Part shown: positions 12,628 through 26,323 of the stretch, piece after piece
Numbering within the stretch: the first letter of the stretch is position 1
How the letters are laid out: each line of letters opens with the position of its first letter
From: Tubiluchus corallicola
Lineage: Eukaryota; Animalia; Priapulida
NCBI GenBank assembly: GCA_030141605.1
Contig: JAQGDQ010000041.1
Coordinates: 881,165-945,164 of the forward strand
Direction of reading: 5' to 3'
DNA length: 64,000 nt
Made by a program: the position numbers and the translations under genes
The notes under the pieces: model-generated
Databases searched by the model: none
Told to the model about the DNA's origin: nothing
The model's input: the letters and a program-made list of their open reading frames with translations, nothing else

Positions 12628-13490
12628 CTGTGCTATTCACGATCTACAATAATGATTTGCCTCAAGACTTTACCTGTGGTAAAAGCTTATTTGCTGATGA
12701 CACAAAAATATATGATGATAAGGTTTGCTGTCCTAACAACCATGAGCATGTGCAAAACAATATTGACCAAACATATAAATAGGTCACCAACGGAATATGA
12801 ATTTTAATATTGACGAATGCAATGTATTACCCATTGGAAGACCAGATATTGCAGATCGCAAATACGCAATGGCACAAGGAAATAGCCGTGTAGAAATTAC
12901 AAGCGTCATTGAAAAAAGACTACGGCATCGTTGTTGATAACATACTTAAATTTCAAAGCCACACTCATCATACTGTCAATAAAGCTCACAGAAGGCTTAA
13001 GCTTATCAAGCGAAATTTCGTTTATTTAGATGGCCCATGATGATCCAATTGCACAAGTCAATGGTCAGACCAATTTTGAATTATGACAATATAGTTTGAA
13101 ATCCAGTGAGGGAAGACATAATAAGAAACACTGGATCAGTTCAACGTCAAGTTAGTAGGCTTGTATCAGCAGTTTCTGGACTACTATACTCTACAAGAAT
13201 CAAGAGGGTAGGGAAACTACTTTAAAATATAGGTGTAAGAGGCAAGACTTGATCCAAATCTTCTGCATCTGAAAAGGTTTTGATGGCATTAATGCTAGCA
13301 AAATGTTTCCATCTCAGACATATCGTGATACAAGAGCACAAAATCAAGGAGAACAGCCTCCAATAGAGGAAGCAGAAAACGAGAGATTCTTTCGATGCGG
13401 GTGGCTGGCGAATGGAATAAATTCCTGGAAACGTAATCAATGCCATTAACTCTTCTCTGTTTAAGTCCCTATTAGATTGATAGTGGCACC
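12628..13490 (+). mobile_element. CR1-type LINE reverse transcriptase remnant, 3' half
   Basis: Continues VLFTIYNNDLP...LFADDTKIY (catalytic motif)...VRPILNY...WN, with many stops and frameshifts. Confidence 0.8.
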
Positions 13491-14780
13491 ACAACCCAGA
13501 AAAGTTTGTCGATCTTAAACTGCCTCAATCATGGCAGTAAGATGTCTTGGGACATAGTCCATGATCGTGGAGACGTTGGAGTGCCGCTGTTTCTTTTTTA
13601 TTCACAAATATAGAAACCAAACAAGATTGGAGAGGTTTAATTAAACTATTTATTAGCTTAACCTCTATCCATCGACAGTAACGCCATAATTATTATGACG
13701 TCTGCATTATTTCAGGGCCGAGCCTAAACGTCGAATTTCAACCACCACTACACTAGGCAACCAGGTTTATTACCAGTGACTAGTATTTAAATTAAAAATG
13801 CTTTACATAAATTGACATTATAATTAGACTCTTACATTGAAATTCAAAAAACGCGTACCACCGAAGCCGAGCATGTGAACCGCCATGACAGAGAACGCGT
13901 TGTCATCTATGGTAAAATCACCCGAGAAAATGATTTATGCCATCTCTCTCACACACCACTCGCTGGCAAATTGCTGCTGTAACAATAATCATGGACTAAA
14001 GAAGCATAAAAAATAAAAGCAATGGAGAGAATAATAATTTCAAAGCAAAATGAAAATTTGAAAAGATAATAATTTTAAAGCAAAACGAAAATATGAAAAA
14101 ATAATATTTTTTTAAAAATAATGTTTGGTAAAGAACATTATATAGGAAATTAATTGTTCTTGACAAGCTGCTCCAAGTTTGTTCATAGTACAATTAGAAA
14201 ACTCTTTTTAATCTGTAGTCTCAAATAACAAAAAAAAACATGACAGGAACAAGTCTATTCTTTGCAGTACAGAAACAACTAAACAAGTTTGCCAGGTTAC
14301 AACAGACAGTAGAGAAGCCAGACGTGGATGCCATGTTCATATATTTATTACACTACAGTACATTTTTTAATAAAACTTTTGAAAGTCAAAGTCAATTTAA
14401 AGTAATAATAAAAATTCAAATAAAATATTTAATAATTATGCATCTTTAATAGAGAGACAAAAATGGCATAACAAAAATCATTTGTGGTGAAAATTAACTG
14501 TTTTTAAATAGAAGCGGTACGCAAGCCCAAGAACACAGAATACAGAATGAATGTACAAGCTTTGACAAAAATAATCGATGTGGCCAATACAGAACTAGTT
14601 ACAATAAGTGACTGTGGCTGGAGCAGTTCAGTGATGTCATCATTTCAAGTGAGGCTTGAAGACAGCGACTGCCACAATAGTAAAGAAGTCATTACGTCAT
14701 CATCATAAAGAGCTACGCCACCTTAATTATATCTAATTACTATACCAAGACACCCTTACAGTTATCTCAATTCGGAAGCT

Positions 14781-14958
14781 AAAGTGGCATTTACCAAACA
14801 TGCGGAATAAATTATTGCACAAAAATCACTTTATTTTGATGATTCCGTTTATCAAACCTACACTATCACATTATTTTTTCTGCAGTTATTTCTAATGGAC
14901 TGTTTATACACAGCTGGATGTGCAGTAATGCATTTCGGATGTCTGGTAAATGCCGTTT
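14781..14958. mobile_element. Short MITE with about 40-bp imperfect terminal inverted repeats
   Basis: Left GGCATTTACCAAACATGCGGAATAAATTATTGCACA versus reverse complement of right GGCATTTACCAGACATCCGAAATGCATTACTGCACA. Confidence 0.65.
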
Positions 14959-16557
14959 GATAGCCCAAAATGCTAAATGTGCGTAGCACTCTGCTCTGTG
15001 TATGAAACGTTATGAACAAAGAATACTACACTGATTTCTGTTGCCTTTATACCAGTCTAGTTAAATTAGCTTAGATTTCTACATTATTTCAGCCAGTGAT
15101 CTGTACAGTCCACTAATTTGATAGCATGCATTAATTGTCATAAGAGACGTGTAAAGTAGCAGATATCTGCAACCATATTAAGCAAAACATTAAAAAATTA
15201 AATTATACAGAATAAAACACTTATACTTTAATATTGTTGCAAATTTATGCAGAACAGAAAGCAGCATTAAAATCTAAATAGTTTTTGCAAAATGCAAGAT
15301 GTCAGCCTAACAGTATGTGTATCACAGATTAAGCTAATGCACAAAACTTGACAATTCACCAATTTTAACGTAAAAGTGTAAGAATGCGTCACGCAAATGA
15401 CACATATATGTTACAAGCAAAGTGTAAAATCAGGTATTTCATAGAGTGCCAAAATAAGCCAGGTAAAGTGTCTAAAATAATTTCTTCTAGATTCTTCCCA
15501 GGCAATTATACATAATGCAAAAGTTTTATTAAGCAATGTGTGATCCTTAAAGCTGGGTCATATTGTTGCTGGTATTATTGTCAGAATTATCTTTGAAAGC
15601 TATCACAGCCCACAGTTTTCACAGTAGGAATCTGAAATTTTCCATTAAGATATTATGGATTATTGTGCAGACAATAATTGAGTCTGGTTTTTAGGTAATG
15701 AGCCTGGTAATAGGCCCTCAAATGCGCACGTTAATTGAATAACACCCGTTCAATGGATCTGTCCTATATGTTGTTACCTTGTTGGGGTTTCTTTCATTCT
15801 AATATATAAATGGATTTGCTTCAACGATGCATATTTTAAATTTTTACCAAAAAAAGGACCAATCATGACAACAGTAACTGCTTCCCTGATCATTAACTGA
15901 GAAAAAAAGACGAGCTGGATCCAAGCACATTAATACTTTCACTCTAGTTGTATTTCACACAGGATGGTAGTAGAAACACCTAATGAGTCTGTGCTTAAAA
16001 GAAAAGAATGGTTTTATACTGAATTAGAAAAGGGCAGGTAAATAAAGCTGTGAACACTGTTCTTCTAAGTGAAAAAAAACACCATTAATTAATTAATCAT
16101 GTAAATGACTTTAACATCAGGGGCAAAAAAGCAGTCTCCTCGTTAATACCTATGCCATGCAATGTTATGGTCGTTGTCCAACAGAAAGGTAATCGCACAC
16201 CTGTGCAAGACAAAAATGCTGCTAGAAAGTAAACTGCTTGACAAACATTGTGATACACAAATAATGATTGTGCAATCTCATAATGATTCAAAAATCGATT
16301 ACTGCTTGTTTACTTGTTGTCACTGTTGTTACTTGTTGTTACTCAGTCACACATTGCCTCTAACACAAAATATAAATTTTTGTACACGGCTGTTGCAATT
16401 TCAATTCATAAAAAAAGTTACTCAGAAAAACTGCAAAAATAACATTATAGATGTTTCAAACAATTCTGCATTCCTTGGCACTGGAGAATGTTTTTGGCAA
16501 GCTGGTTGAAAACATGCAGAAGATATTGGAGACACAGGATTTGAATCACAATTTTAT

Positions 16558-19500
16558 TCACAAAGTTTTTAAGAAATCATTAAATTCACTCGTTGAAACT
16601 TTGGCCATATTTGTACAAAAATTTGCATCAGTTCCACTCACAAGGCTTTTCATTGAGATATAATTTGGAAGTTTTGGATCATACTGATTTCGCCCAATTT
16701 TCTCTAGAAACTTATGCCGCTGTTGCAGAGTGTACTCTCTTGAACGCAGTATGTTTGGCCACTGAATAATCATTTCATGAGAGATTTTCATTTCGTTGCA
16801 GATAAAATTAAACTTCCTCAAAACAACTTCTCTTCCTGTAAAATAAATACAACATTCAATGCAATAAATGATATCTAGAAAGTTATCAATATTTTCATTC
16901 TCTAAAGACTGGAACAATAATGTAATACTACATAGCATATACATACACACATATATATCTATTATGTATATAGCAGTACTAAGAAAAAGAAGATGATTGT
17001 AAAAATAAAAAATGTCACTTCTGCTTCTGGTGTGATTACATTGCTTCCATTTTTTTATTCAATGTTTTTGTTTCACTAATAGTAACAATTTAACTGTCAA
17101 TACTTGAAAATTCAAAAAGTATTTATTTCTCAGGTGTTTATACATGAATAAGTACTCCGGGCTTGTACTGTTGCACAATAACAACAGAACACATGCTCAG
17201 TATATTTCAGTACAACAGCCTCTTGAAGTAACCTTGTTTGACATGGTGTTAAGTTTTGATGCTGAGTGTGAAAAACGAGGCCTAAGTTTTGACTTTGCAC
17301 TCTGGGAATATGCAATAACTCACAAATACATGTCTTACCATTCTCATTTATACAGCTTCTATGAAAGGGAATGTATATCACAAAAAGAGTGTTAAAATAG
17401 ACAGTAAGGATCGCTTTATTATTCTCCTCTTTTGCTCCTTAACTTCCACTTTATTTTCTTTATCCTCAGTACTAATTTTAATTAGTTTGTTACTCTTTAT
17501 TTGTGAACAAATTAACAATCTTGCCAAATTATCTCCAAAAAAATCAGTGCAAAGAAGAACACTATAAAGCAAACTTTCCACATCTTATTTATGGTTATTT
17601 AAATAAATAAGCTTGAATAATCATTTATTCAAGAGAAGATGACAACAACCTTTATTGTCTAACCACTGGAAATGCTGCCTTTGAGAAAGTAAGAAATAAC
17701 CTACTTTTCTCTGTTGATACTGCTGTACTTTGCTCACTTAGATAAGTACTTCAAAGATTCAAGTGGATTTGAAAAACCAAAAAGTCAGAAACTTTGCAGA
17801 TAATGCAGTAATGGATAAAGTAACCCCAAAGTCTATTAAACTAAAAAAAACTGCAGGGAACTAATGACCTATTTGTGAGGCTTCTTTGTTTAGCAACTGC
17901 CATTCAGCTTGACTTAATAAATCTTCTGCCATACTTTAACGCATGGTCTATGTCTTAGCTCATAGAGGGTAATAATTGTTGCGAAATAAACTTCAATGAT
18001 TTATGAACATTCTGGCATTCACAGTCATAATCTAGTTAATGATATCATTAATTGCCAGCTAATTTGAAAAAAAATGGCAATATACAATAATTTTACAGCA
18101 CATTGCAAAAAACACTTAAAGGTAGCATTAGCCATTTCAACTGTAATTTAGGTTACTACACAATCAAGTTTGACATGCATTTGATACACATGTTACGTAT
18201 GGAGCACTTACTATAAGTGCTTCATATAAAAAGGCTGCAAAAGTTTCACAGAAGAAATGAAGACATAAAGAGATCTTGCTGACCAATATTCCACTAAACA
18301 GGAGCGCCAACGTAAAAGAAACCACGAAATATAAATTACATTTAGTTTCCTGTATTACACTCATATTGGCGAATATTACGGCTATATTTCACATTTCAGT
18401 TGATACTAAACACAACTAGTAAAACAAAGAAAAAATAAACGCAAAAAGAAAAACTAAATAACAATATTAATTTTACCTGTCATAAACACTTTTGGACAAG
18501 TTAATAAGATCTGCTTCATTTCAGTTTCTGAAAATCCACATTCTTCTTTCAATGTAAAATGAACATTCTGCAATAAAACATAAGTTACTACTGATAAGTT
18601 AGTTAACAGTTTGTGTATTTACTAATTTTATTCATATGCGAGAATGTTTGCAAATTTCACGGCTCAACCTTGAGTTCTTGCGAGTTATGAAACACAATAT
18701 GTAAAAAAAAGCAAAAAAAAACAATAAAGGCCTGGTACTTTTCAACTTTTCTTCCAAGAGTTATTTACAATGTTCTTATTCTACCGCTGTCCAGTGACCC
18801 ACTGCTATGGCAAATTTGGAGAATGTTCAAAAAAGTTAAAAGAAACTTAGAGATTCCTTAACAAACCTGGAGATTTAACATTGCAGAGTTTTTGTACATA
18901 AAATTTAAATATCCCTTTGTTAAATAACTGTAATTACCATATCACAATAGTAACTTGGCTAATTCAAAATGGTCAAATCGTGATTTTGGTATGCTAAATT
19001 TTGTTGTTGATCACAGTAATATGAGGCAGAATTTGAGTCATCTATTGTGAAGTGAGTGTATTTACAATTAATTAAGGGCTGTATGAATCTGGTGGCACAA
19101 TAAGCTGGTTTGCAGAAGGCTATCGTAATTTTTATTTTTGCATAGCAAAATCAAAACTTAATTTACCAAAAGAAAGCATAAAGACGTGTGTAAAAAATGA
19201 GTTAAAATCCTGAGACTCGCAGTAAAACCGTAAGAGTCGAAAGGTCTGAAAATGTATGGGCAAAACAAATATTGTACTTTTCAAATTCAAAATTGCCAAA
19301 GATAAACAAATTCAGCAACTTCATGTAATGGCAACACCAATTTTAGTGAGCACTTTAAATTTCGCTACTTTAAATTTATTTAAGCAGAGGTTTTAATCTT
19401 TAGCTAACTTTTACTCTTTTGATTTGACAAAGAAATTGTTCTAATGAGTGTAATGAAAAGGTCATCAAATTCATGCTAACAGTAATGTTACTGGACGTTT

Positions 19501-21395
19501 AGGCTTTTGGATTATCATGTAAACATGTCTAACAGACAACATTATCATGAATGAAAATCCCAGAACCTTTTCGTAATTAAATTTGTTTAACGCAAATACC
19601 CTGCTCACTATTATCTAGTCGTGATTTTATGCCGTTATTATTTTGTTTTGTTAATAGTGTGGTTATTAAAGCTGCAACAGTCACGCTGCCATGAACCTAT
19701 TTTGTTTGAAAAAATGGACGTTTCTGATTAGTTATCTAAATCTGACAAGGAGGATGAAGCAGCAACCATAAGAAAGCAAAACAAATACTGCATCGCAAAA
19801 CTCTGAGACTAAACTTATTTTGTTGATAATGAATCAAAATTGCAATTATTGTTCTGATTGAAACTGTTAAATGTCTCTATTTGACTTCCAAAGCAGCAAA
19901 CAATCTGGGTAATTTCATCACCACTTTCATTGTTAATAAAGAAACACTCTGTATCAGATGCACTAACAATTCTGAGTATGGCTCGGTAGAATCAACTCCA
20001 CACAGTACTATAATGTAGTGTATATAAGTCTAACAGCTTTAAGTGCTTATTCTTACACCCAACTAGTATAGAGCATTTTTACCGAAATTTTTTTGTTTGG
20101 CCAAAAAATAATCTTCGGTGATACGTTGACAACATGTCGAACTTCATTTCCTGAAAGTCTGAACTGTGTTTGAAGAAATCCAAGTTTTTCATCTACTTCT
20201 TTTGTAGTCCAAGAAAGAATTCCAGGTGCTCGGATAATAATTGCAGCAATGCGTTCCTGGTTAAACTTTTTTGACAAAAAATAATTCACGCGAACCTAAA
20301 CGGGATTAAACATTAAAGCGATTAGTGGCAACTATGAAACTGTTTTACAACTTAATCAGCATAGTCGTAGCAAATCGGTGACAATGATAACATTTGGTGG
20401 TGAGGGCAACAACAGCACTGTCATTAAGGTGATATTTAATGTACCATCTATCTAAGTAAAAAATAGAAACTGCCATTATCTAACAACAACAGTATCAGAC
20501 ATGTTTCTAAATTTTTCATTTAAATCAATATAGAAAAACACATACATTCATAATTTATTGCACTTTTAAAATACTAATGAAAATTAATTACCTAGAAAAA
20601 TGAAAAATTTGACTTTAATTTGTTTTAGATGAGCTTCTACCAGATATGTATAATATCAATGATTTGTCAACCAATCATTTTTCAAGTAGGAAATAAAGAA
20701 ATAAGAAACATTTGTACCTGCAAGTTTTCTAAATCCTCCTGGAATATAAATGGGTTGCCTGTTATCACGCTGCCAATATCATCTCCACTGACACCCAAGT
20801 CAGCCAAAAAGAATACATATGGTTGAATGTCTTTCTTAAAATCCAAACCTATCAATAAATTGGCCGCATGTTTTTTCTCACATTTATGTAAATCCACCCC
20901 AAGTTTCACCAAACTCTGCAGTGATGGTGATTCATTCACATAGGCTGCCAGACTAAATGAGGTTTTCAAAGCTGGACGCACTTCAGATGGATGCAGTTCT
21001 TTTTCTTCAAGAGAAAGCGCAAGCTCGTCTAGGTCGTCAGTTTTATCTGCAGATACCTTCAGACCTTCTAACACTTCTAAGTAAGATATCCTTTCTTCGG
21101 GGCTTTCATTAATGTCACGAAGTAAAACATTAGATTTAAGATGGTTCCTAATTTTATCTTTGCAAAGCACACTGCTTGACTTGACATGGTTCTCACTTTC
21201 AATGTTTTCATCTTCCGCTTTATTGTGACAAAATCGGGAATGTAGTTTGTGCTTGCAGCTTAACTGAGTTTGATAGCACCGATTTGCCTCCAAAGCATGA
21301 CTAAGCAAAACACATCGTGATAAGAAAGCGACGTTAACATTAGAGTGCCTCAATATATGTAAAAAATTCTGTAATGATAGCTTCGACCGAGCCAT
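16558..21395 (-). CDS. MTERF3: Mitochondrial transcription termination factor 3 (mTERF family), 419 aa
   Basis: Coding exons on minus: 21395-20718, 20295-20083, 18567-18477, 16835-16558. All GT-AG with consistent phases, 1260 nt. It has a basic N-terminal presequence and the motifs SLAAYVNESPSLQSLVKLGVDL, NPFIFQEDLENLQVRVNYFLSKKF and QRHKFLEKIGRNQYDPKLPNYIS, ending FNDFLKTL as MTERF3 does. Confidence 0.93.
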
Positions 21396-21644
21396 TGTTC
21401 CTGCAGCAAAGGAATATCAGAACTGTAGTCCAAGATAAACTAAGAAAGATCTAAAAAATAAATATTAAGTTCACATTAATTACTAAATGATGCTAAACAA
21501 TAAATATAAGTGGTAAACACTAGCTGATGATCAAACACTAGTAAAATTTAAAATTTAACAATAATTATGATCCATTATACGTTTCAAAAAATAATTTCAT
21601 TTTAAAATTCACTTGCAAACTGAGAAAATAAGTTCAAAATCTGG

Positions 21645-21971
21645 ACAAACTTAGTTGAAAATGTACCGTAAGATAGATGCAAAAGTAAGCTCCACTTAGT
21701 CAAAAAGCATTCTTGCCGAAACTCACACAAACTTAGTTGAAAATGTACCGTAAGACAGATGCAAAAGTAAGTTCCAGTTAGTCAAAAAGCATTCTTGCCG
21801 AAACTCACACAAACTTAGTTGAAAATGTACCGTAAGATAGATGCAAAAGTAAGCTCCACTTAGTCAAAAAGCATTCTTGCCGAAACTCACACAAACTTAG
21901 TTGAAAATGTACCGTAAGATAAATGCAAAAGAAAGCTCCACTTAATCAAAGAGCATTCAGAAACTCGCACA
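21645..21971. repeat. Tandem repeat, 4 copies of an 82-bp unit
   Basis: Unit ACAAACTTAGTTGAAAATGTACCGTAAGATAGATGCAAAAGTAAGCTCCACTTAGTCAAAAAGCATTCTTGCCGAAACTCAC starts at 21645, 21727, 21809 and 21891; the last copy is degenerate. Confidence 0.95.
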
Positions 21972-22349
21972 GATGATAAGTTCATTTCACAGTTACATTA
22001 GAATGAGAATCAGAGTAAAATTTAAATCTTGCAAAGTTACACTTAAAACAAACTACAGTGTAGTACATCATAAAAGTTTATTATATCAAAGTATTCTCTA
22101 GACAATTGCGAATTTATCATGACCTTAAAATTTTGTACGGAGGCCTCGCATAGCCTATTGTTTTGGGAGTATGATTGGAACAGTGACCTGAAAACTTTGT
22201 GACTAGCTTTTTCGATTGAACTCAATGGCTTTTAAAATTCACCAGACTTTAACACACTGGAGCTATTTTGAATGACAATGATAAAAAATGTTTAACAAGT
22301 ATTCAACAGAAAATAGTAATCAAAAGTGTGGTTGCTATGGATTTTAGAA

Positions 22350-23350
22350 GAGCAAACTGAAGTTACGCCTAAATCCAGTACATGGCTCTTCCTGATGAAG
22401 ATCTGGTCTTGTCAACCCGAAACAAAATGGCTGCTTCCACAAGCTACAATCGGAGTTACATAATACAAGTTTTTTTTACAATTGCAGTACTAGTTTCTAG
22501 ATAGAAAAGTGGATAAGGAGTTAATAAAATTAGACCTTTGGTATTTTTGGACATTTTTATGATAATTTGATGCTAGACTATAAAAGTACGATATATTTAG
22601 CATTTGTTTTCATAAAAAATAAAAAATCGATGTTTGAAGCATCATAACGTAGTTTTAACTCTGCCAACTTATGGACGGTTTTGGTTTGCAAGCACACATA
22701 TAATAAGCTGTTTGCCAAATTAAAAAAAATGCAATACACGTAACTTTAACTAACTTTAATATCAGCAATGATTCAGCATTAATTTATCTGAGTCATTAAT
22801 GTTCTGGGCATACAAATGTTTATCAGCAAGAATTAGTATGTTAGTCTGCTGAGTTACATATTATACAAAACGAGTAAGCAACAAACTATATAGAATTTAG
22901 ATAAGTTTAAAGTCGAAACATGTCCAGTGTGGTCTGTTTTGCTGAATTTTTTTTTCGAAGATGCGTCTGAATTTCGAAGGACAGGAAGAAGTAAAGTAGA
23001 GTAAAGAATATCTTGCTTGAGTTCAATGAAGTGTTGCAGGTAAAATCAGAATAGTCACTCTCTACAGTACATGGTGCAGTGTTTCCAGCACGTCGCATTT
23101 CATCAGCTGATACAGTAATTTCTGGTTAGCCGTCGTCGTTACCGCTGTATTGTTGTTAGGGTCATTAAGTAGAAAAAATGCAACTTTAGGTGTAAAATGT
23201 GTTTAGAACAAAAATGCTGATCTGGCTATAGTTATAACGCGGGGCAATCGTGTGGTCTTGTGTCACAATTCTGTCTTCACAGTGCGCAAGATGGGTTTAT
23301 AAAGCGAAGTTTGGATTTAATAAACGGCGGGTTATCGATAGGCTAAAGTA
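22350..23350. promoter_or_regulatory. Probable divergent promoter region for MTERF3 and the MIF4GD-like gene
   Basis: Lies between divergent genes whose ATG exons both have upstream splice acceptors. Locally CpG-richer, with a YY1-like CAAAATGGCTGC near 22423-22434. Transcription starts are not resolved. Confidence 0.4.
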
Positions 23351-23595
23351 TTATACAGTTCTGTTTTACTACAACCGTAGACTGTAGTACTAGTAGTAAT
23401 ACTAATAGCAATAGTGGCCACAATAAGCGGCTGAATTTACTATCCGTGGATTTATTAAACGGATTTTACTGTGCATACATTTTTTCCACGAATCGTCACC
23501 TCTTCGCTGAACGTGATATTGTTCAGTCTTCGTATAGTTGAAAAAACGTAGTAATATTATTATCTATCAAATTCAACTTATGATCTTCCATGCTT

Positions 23596-24104
23596 GTAGG
23601 GCGCCGAGTAAACCACTAGCCGAAGTAGGACACTTCCGGTAAAAGGCATGTGTTAAATTTGGGGAAGAGCAGTGTCATACACGGGCAGCCCAAGTAGGGC
23701 ACTAGCGATTTCTGTCGAGAATCGAGATTTATGACATAATAAAACACAAAGTAAATTTGTTTTAGAAAAAAGTAACTTTATAATAATGATGGATAGTCCT
23801 CGACAATTTACAAATGTATTTTTTGCAATAATATCATCATTACTATTAGCTCCATTAATATCATCATTACATTAAACTAAGTATCTAATGCTTTAAAGAG
23901 AGAAACTATGTAGGGCACATAACTCCCTAACCCGTTTACTTAGTAGAAAACAATTATTTGTTCAAGAGGGAGTGAAAAGGTTGGTGAAAGACTCAATTCG
24001 CGACCTGTCTCTAGCGTCCTACTTCGGCTACAACGCGTCCTACTTGGGCTAGCCCATGTACGTCAATTGTCCTACTTCGGCTAACGGATTACTCGGCGCC
24101 CAAC
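23596..24104. mobile_element. MITE family A, copy 1
   Basis: TIRs TGTAGGGCGCCGAGTAAACCACTAGCCGAAGTAGGACA and reverse complement TGTTGGGCGCCGAGTAATCCGTTAGCCGAAGTAGGACA, with internal AAGTAGG subterminal repeats. A second copy lies at about 54367-54980. Confidence 0.85.
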
Positions 24105-24204
24105 ACGTTATGTTCCCGGTTTCTTTCGTTGGGTATCTCCTGTACGCGGACACAAAGTTAAGTTTGCTAGAATTTATTCACTACCATCTTATGTGTTCGC
24201 CTAG

Positions 24205-24899
24205 TAGGGATGAGCATTCTCTACCAAAAAGCGAATTCGAATCGAATTTGTAACATTCGAATTCGAATTGAACTGAACTTCAGAATTTCAAATTCGAATT
24301 GGCATGGAAAGATTTTTGAACAAGTTTTCGAACCACCAACAAAAACTAGTCTTACAAAGATCATATAAGTATATAAAATTGCTTTGTTCTGCAGTAAAAC
24401 TACCAATAATTTCTTTAAAAACTGTGCACAGAGATCACAAGTAAATGACGCCAGTTGCATGATGTATCAAATGTTTTAATGATTAAGAACATAATGTGAT
24501 TGAAGTGCTGAATAATTCGAATTTACAATTTTGGTTTAAATCAAATTCGAACGTTAGATAGACACAGACAATTTTTATTTATCTCCCCAAAATACACATT
24601 TTGCAGGGTAAACGCAAAAATTAATCACGTTTATAACATAATTTGAGAACAGTATAAGTGTGAAGAGGCAAGAAGATGAATTACAGGGGGTGGAAGAGAA
24701 AGGGTTGATCAGAAAATTCATAGTTTGTTAAAACTGCAACCAAATTGCACTAATTGGATGCTCTTTCAAACATTTTGATGATAAAGAACATATGTGGCTG
24801 AAATGCTGAATTATTCTAATCTATAATTTTAGGTTCAAATCGAATTTGAACTGAAAAAACTCATTTGAATCGAATTCGAACATTCGATGCTCACTCCTA
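24205..24899. mobile_element. hAT-superfamily MITE with TTCGAA-rich subterminal repeats
   Basis: TIRs TAGGGATGAGCAT / reverse complement TAGGAGTGAGCAT. Perfect 8-bp TSD TCGCCTAG at 24197-24204 and 24900-24907. Confidence 0.9.
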
Positions 24900-26253
24900 T
24901 CGCCTAGTGCTCTTCAGTTTAAAAGGGCTTTCACAAATAATTGTTACTGCATATTAATAATTATTATTAACATACATACTGAGCTTTAATACTGTGTTAC
25001 TATTAAAGTTTAATAATTTGTTGCCATACTTTTTAGAATATTGATTCTTTATAGTACTATTATATACACGCACTTCTTCCATAAGCAACATCATTATGTC
25101 TTTCCAATAATATGGATTGCAAGGCTGCAGTGTAGTGATGTCTAACCAAAGTTACCAAACCAGAGTTTAGTTTGAATATAATCTTTATTTCTATAAGTGG
25201 TGCACCTGTTTATCATCAAAAACAAAATTATATCAAAAGTAGACCAAAATGTATTACAAGCAAACTCGTTATCAATCATCCGAAACCCATTTATTTAATC
25301 CAGACATCGAGGAGGCAGAATTCTAATACATATTTTGATTGAATACTTTTATTTTAGAATAAAGTCCATAAATCAATACTTTAAAAACCATATAACAATC
25401 AAACATTACACATCTAAATAAATAATTATAGCAATTGTTAGTTAACAGCATCTCACAATTAAATTATACACTTAATATAATTATAATTATTTATATATTT
25501 ATAATTTTAGGCTACAGCATATGTGGGAATTTATTCCAATGCTCATGCAACCTAGATATATATGTGCAGTCACTGTGGAATATGTTAGTTATCAATTCAT
25601 TCTAATTTTAATGAATAAATAGATCTTCTAATAACGTCATTAAAACTTAATTAGGTCTACCTACATATGCCCAGCTGAACAATCATAAGAAGTAGGTTAA
25701 ACAAAGTTCGATTGGATCCCTTTATTACGCGCAACTTGTGAGTTCCTTTCGTAGTCATAAAAGTTATTCCACAGTTAAAGTTAGAACAATTATGTTTCGA
25801 AGCTTAACTAATAAGCTTTGTTATTTTACTTCCATACTACAGTGAGAACAATATTTAATTAATTTGTTTGGGTATATGTAGATCAAACGATGCTGGGGTT
25901 TATCTGTTGCTAAAAAATGGTTACCTGTTACTTTTCCTCAGTACAAGACTTCATGGCATTTGTTTCTGTGGCGAATTTTGTATCATTTAAAGGTTTACAT
26001 GTTAGAACTTTTGTTTTAGCATAATTTGCCTTAATATCACATTGTGTTGCGTACTGAATGTACATATTTAGGAAAATACTGAGGACTCATTACAGTAGGT
26101 ATAATAAGACAATTAAGAATCATTGTTTAATTTGCATACCAACTAAACAAGCAAAGAGCTTTGAAGCAAATTATTAATAATTACGTCCCACAATAACTCT
26201 AGCCCAAAAATTCGTGTTTTATAAATGAGATTTTTATCCTTATCTTTCGGTTT

Positions 26254-26323
26254 ATGCCCTTTTTCTGTGTCATTTTTACCTTACCATTTTTACCTGTGAC
26301 ATTTTTACAAGTGGCATTTTTAC
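26254..26323. repeat. Short remnant of the foldback arm repeat
   Basis: Several GTG(T/A/G)CATTTTTAC units like those in the arms at 2300-2565. Confidence 0.55.

Noticed and set aside
13850-13980. Candidate non-coding first exon and promoter of BAG1 (CpG-rich patch, donor-like GTACGC on minus)
   Set aside because: Plausible but unverifiable without transcript data.
21645-21971. Regularly spaced repeats superficially like a CRISPR array
   Set aside because: Whole 82-bp units repeat with no unique spacers, there are no cas genes, and the context is eukaryotic.
22392-22425. CTGATGA...GAAAC resembling a hammerhead ribozyme core
   Set aside because: The intervening sequence does not form stem II, and flanking stems I and III are not evident.
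24228-24300. GAA/TTC-rich arrays in the hAT MITE resembling heat-shock elements
   Set aside because: The spacing is TTCGAA or GAATTC, not the 5-bp nGAAn periodicity HSF needs; these are transposon subterminal repeats.
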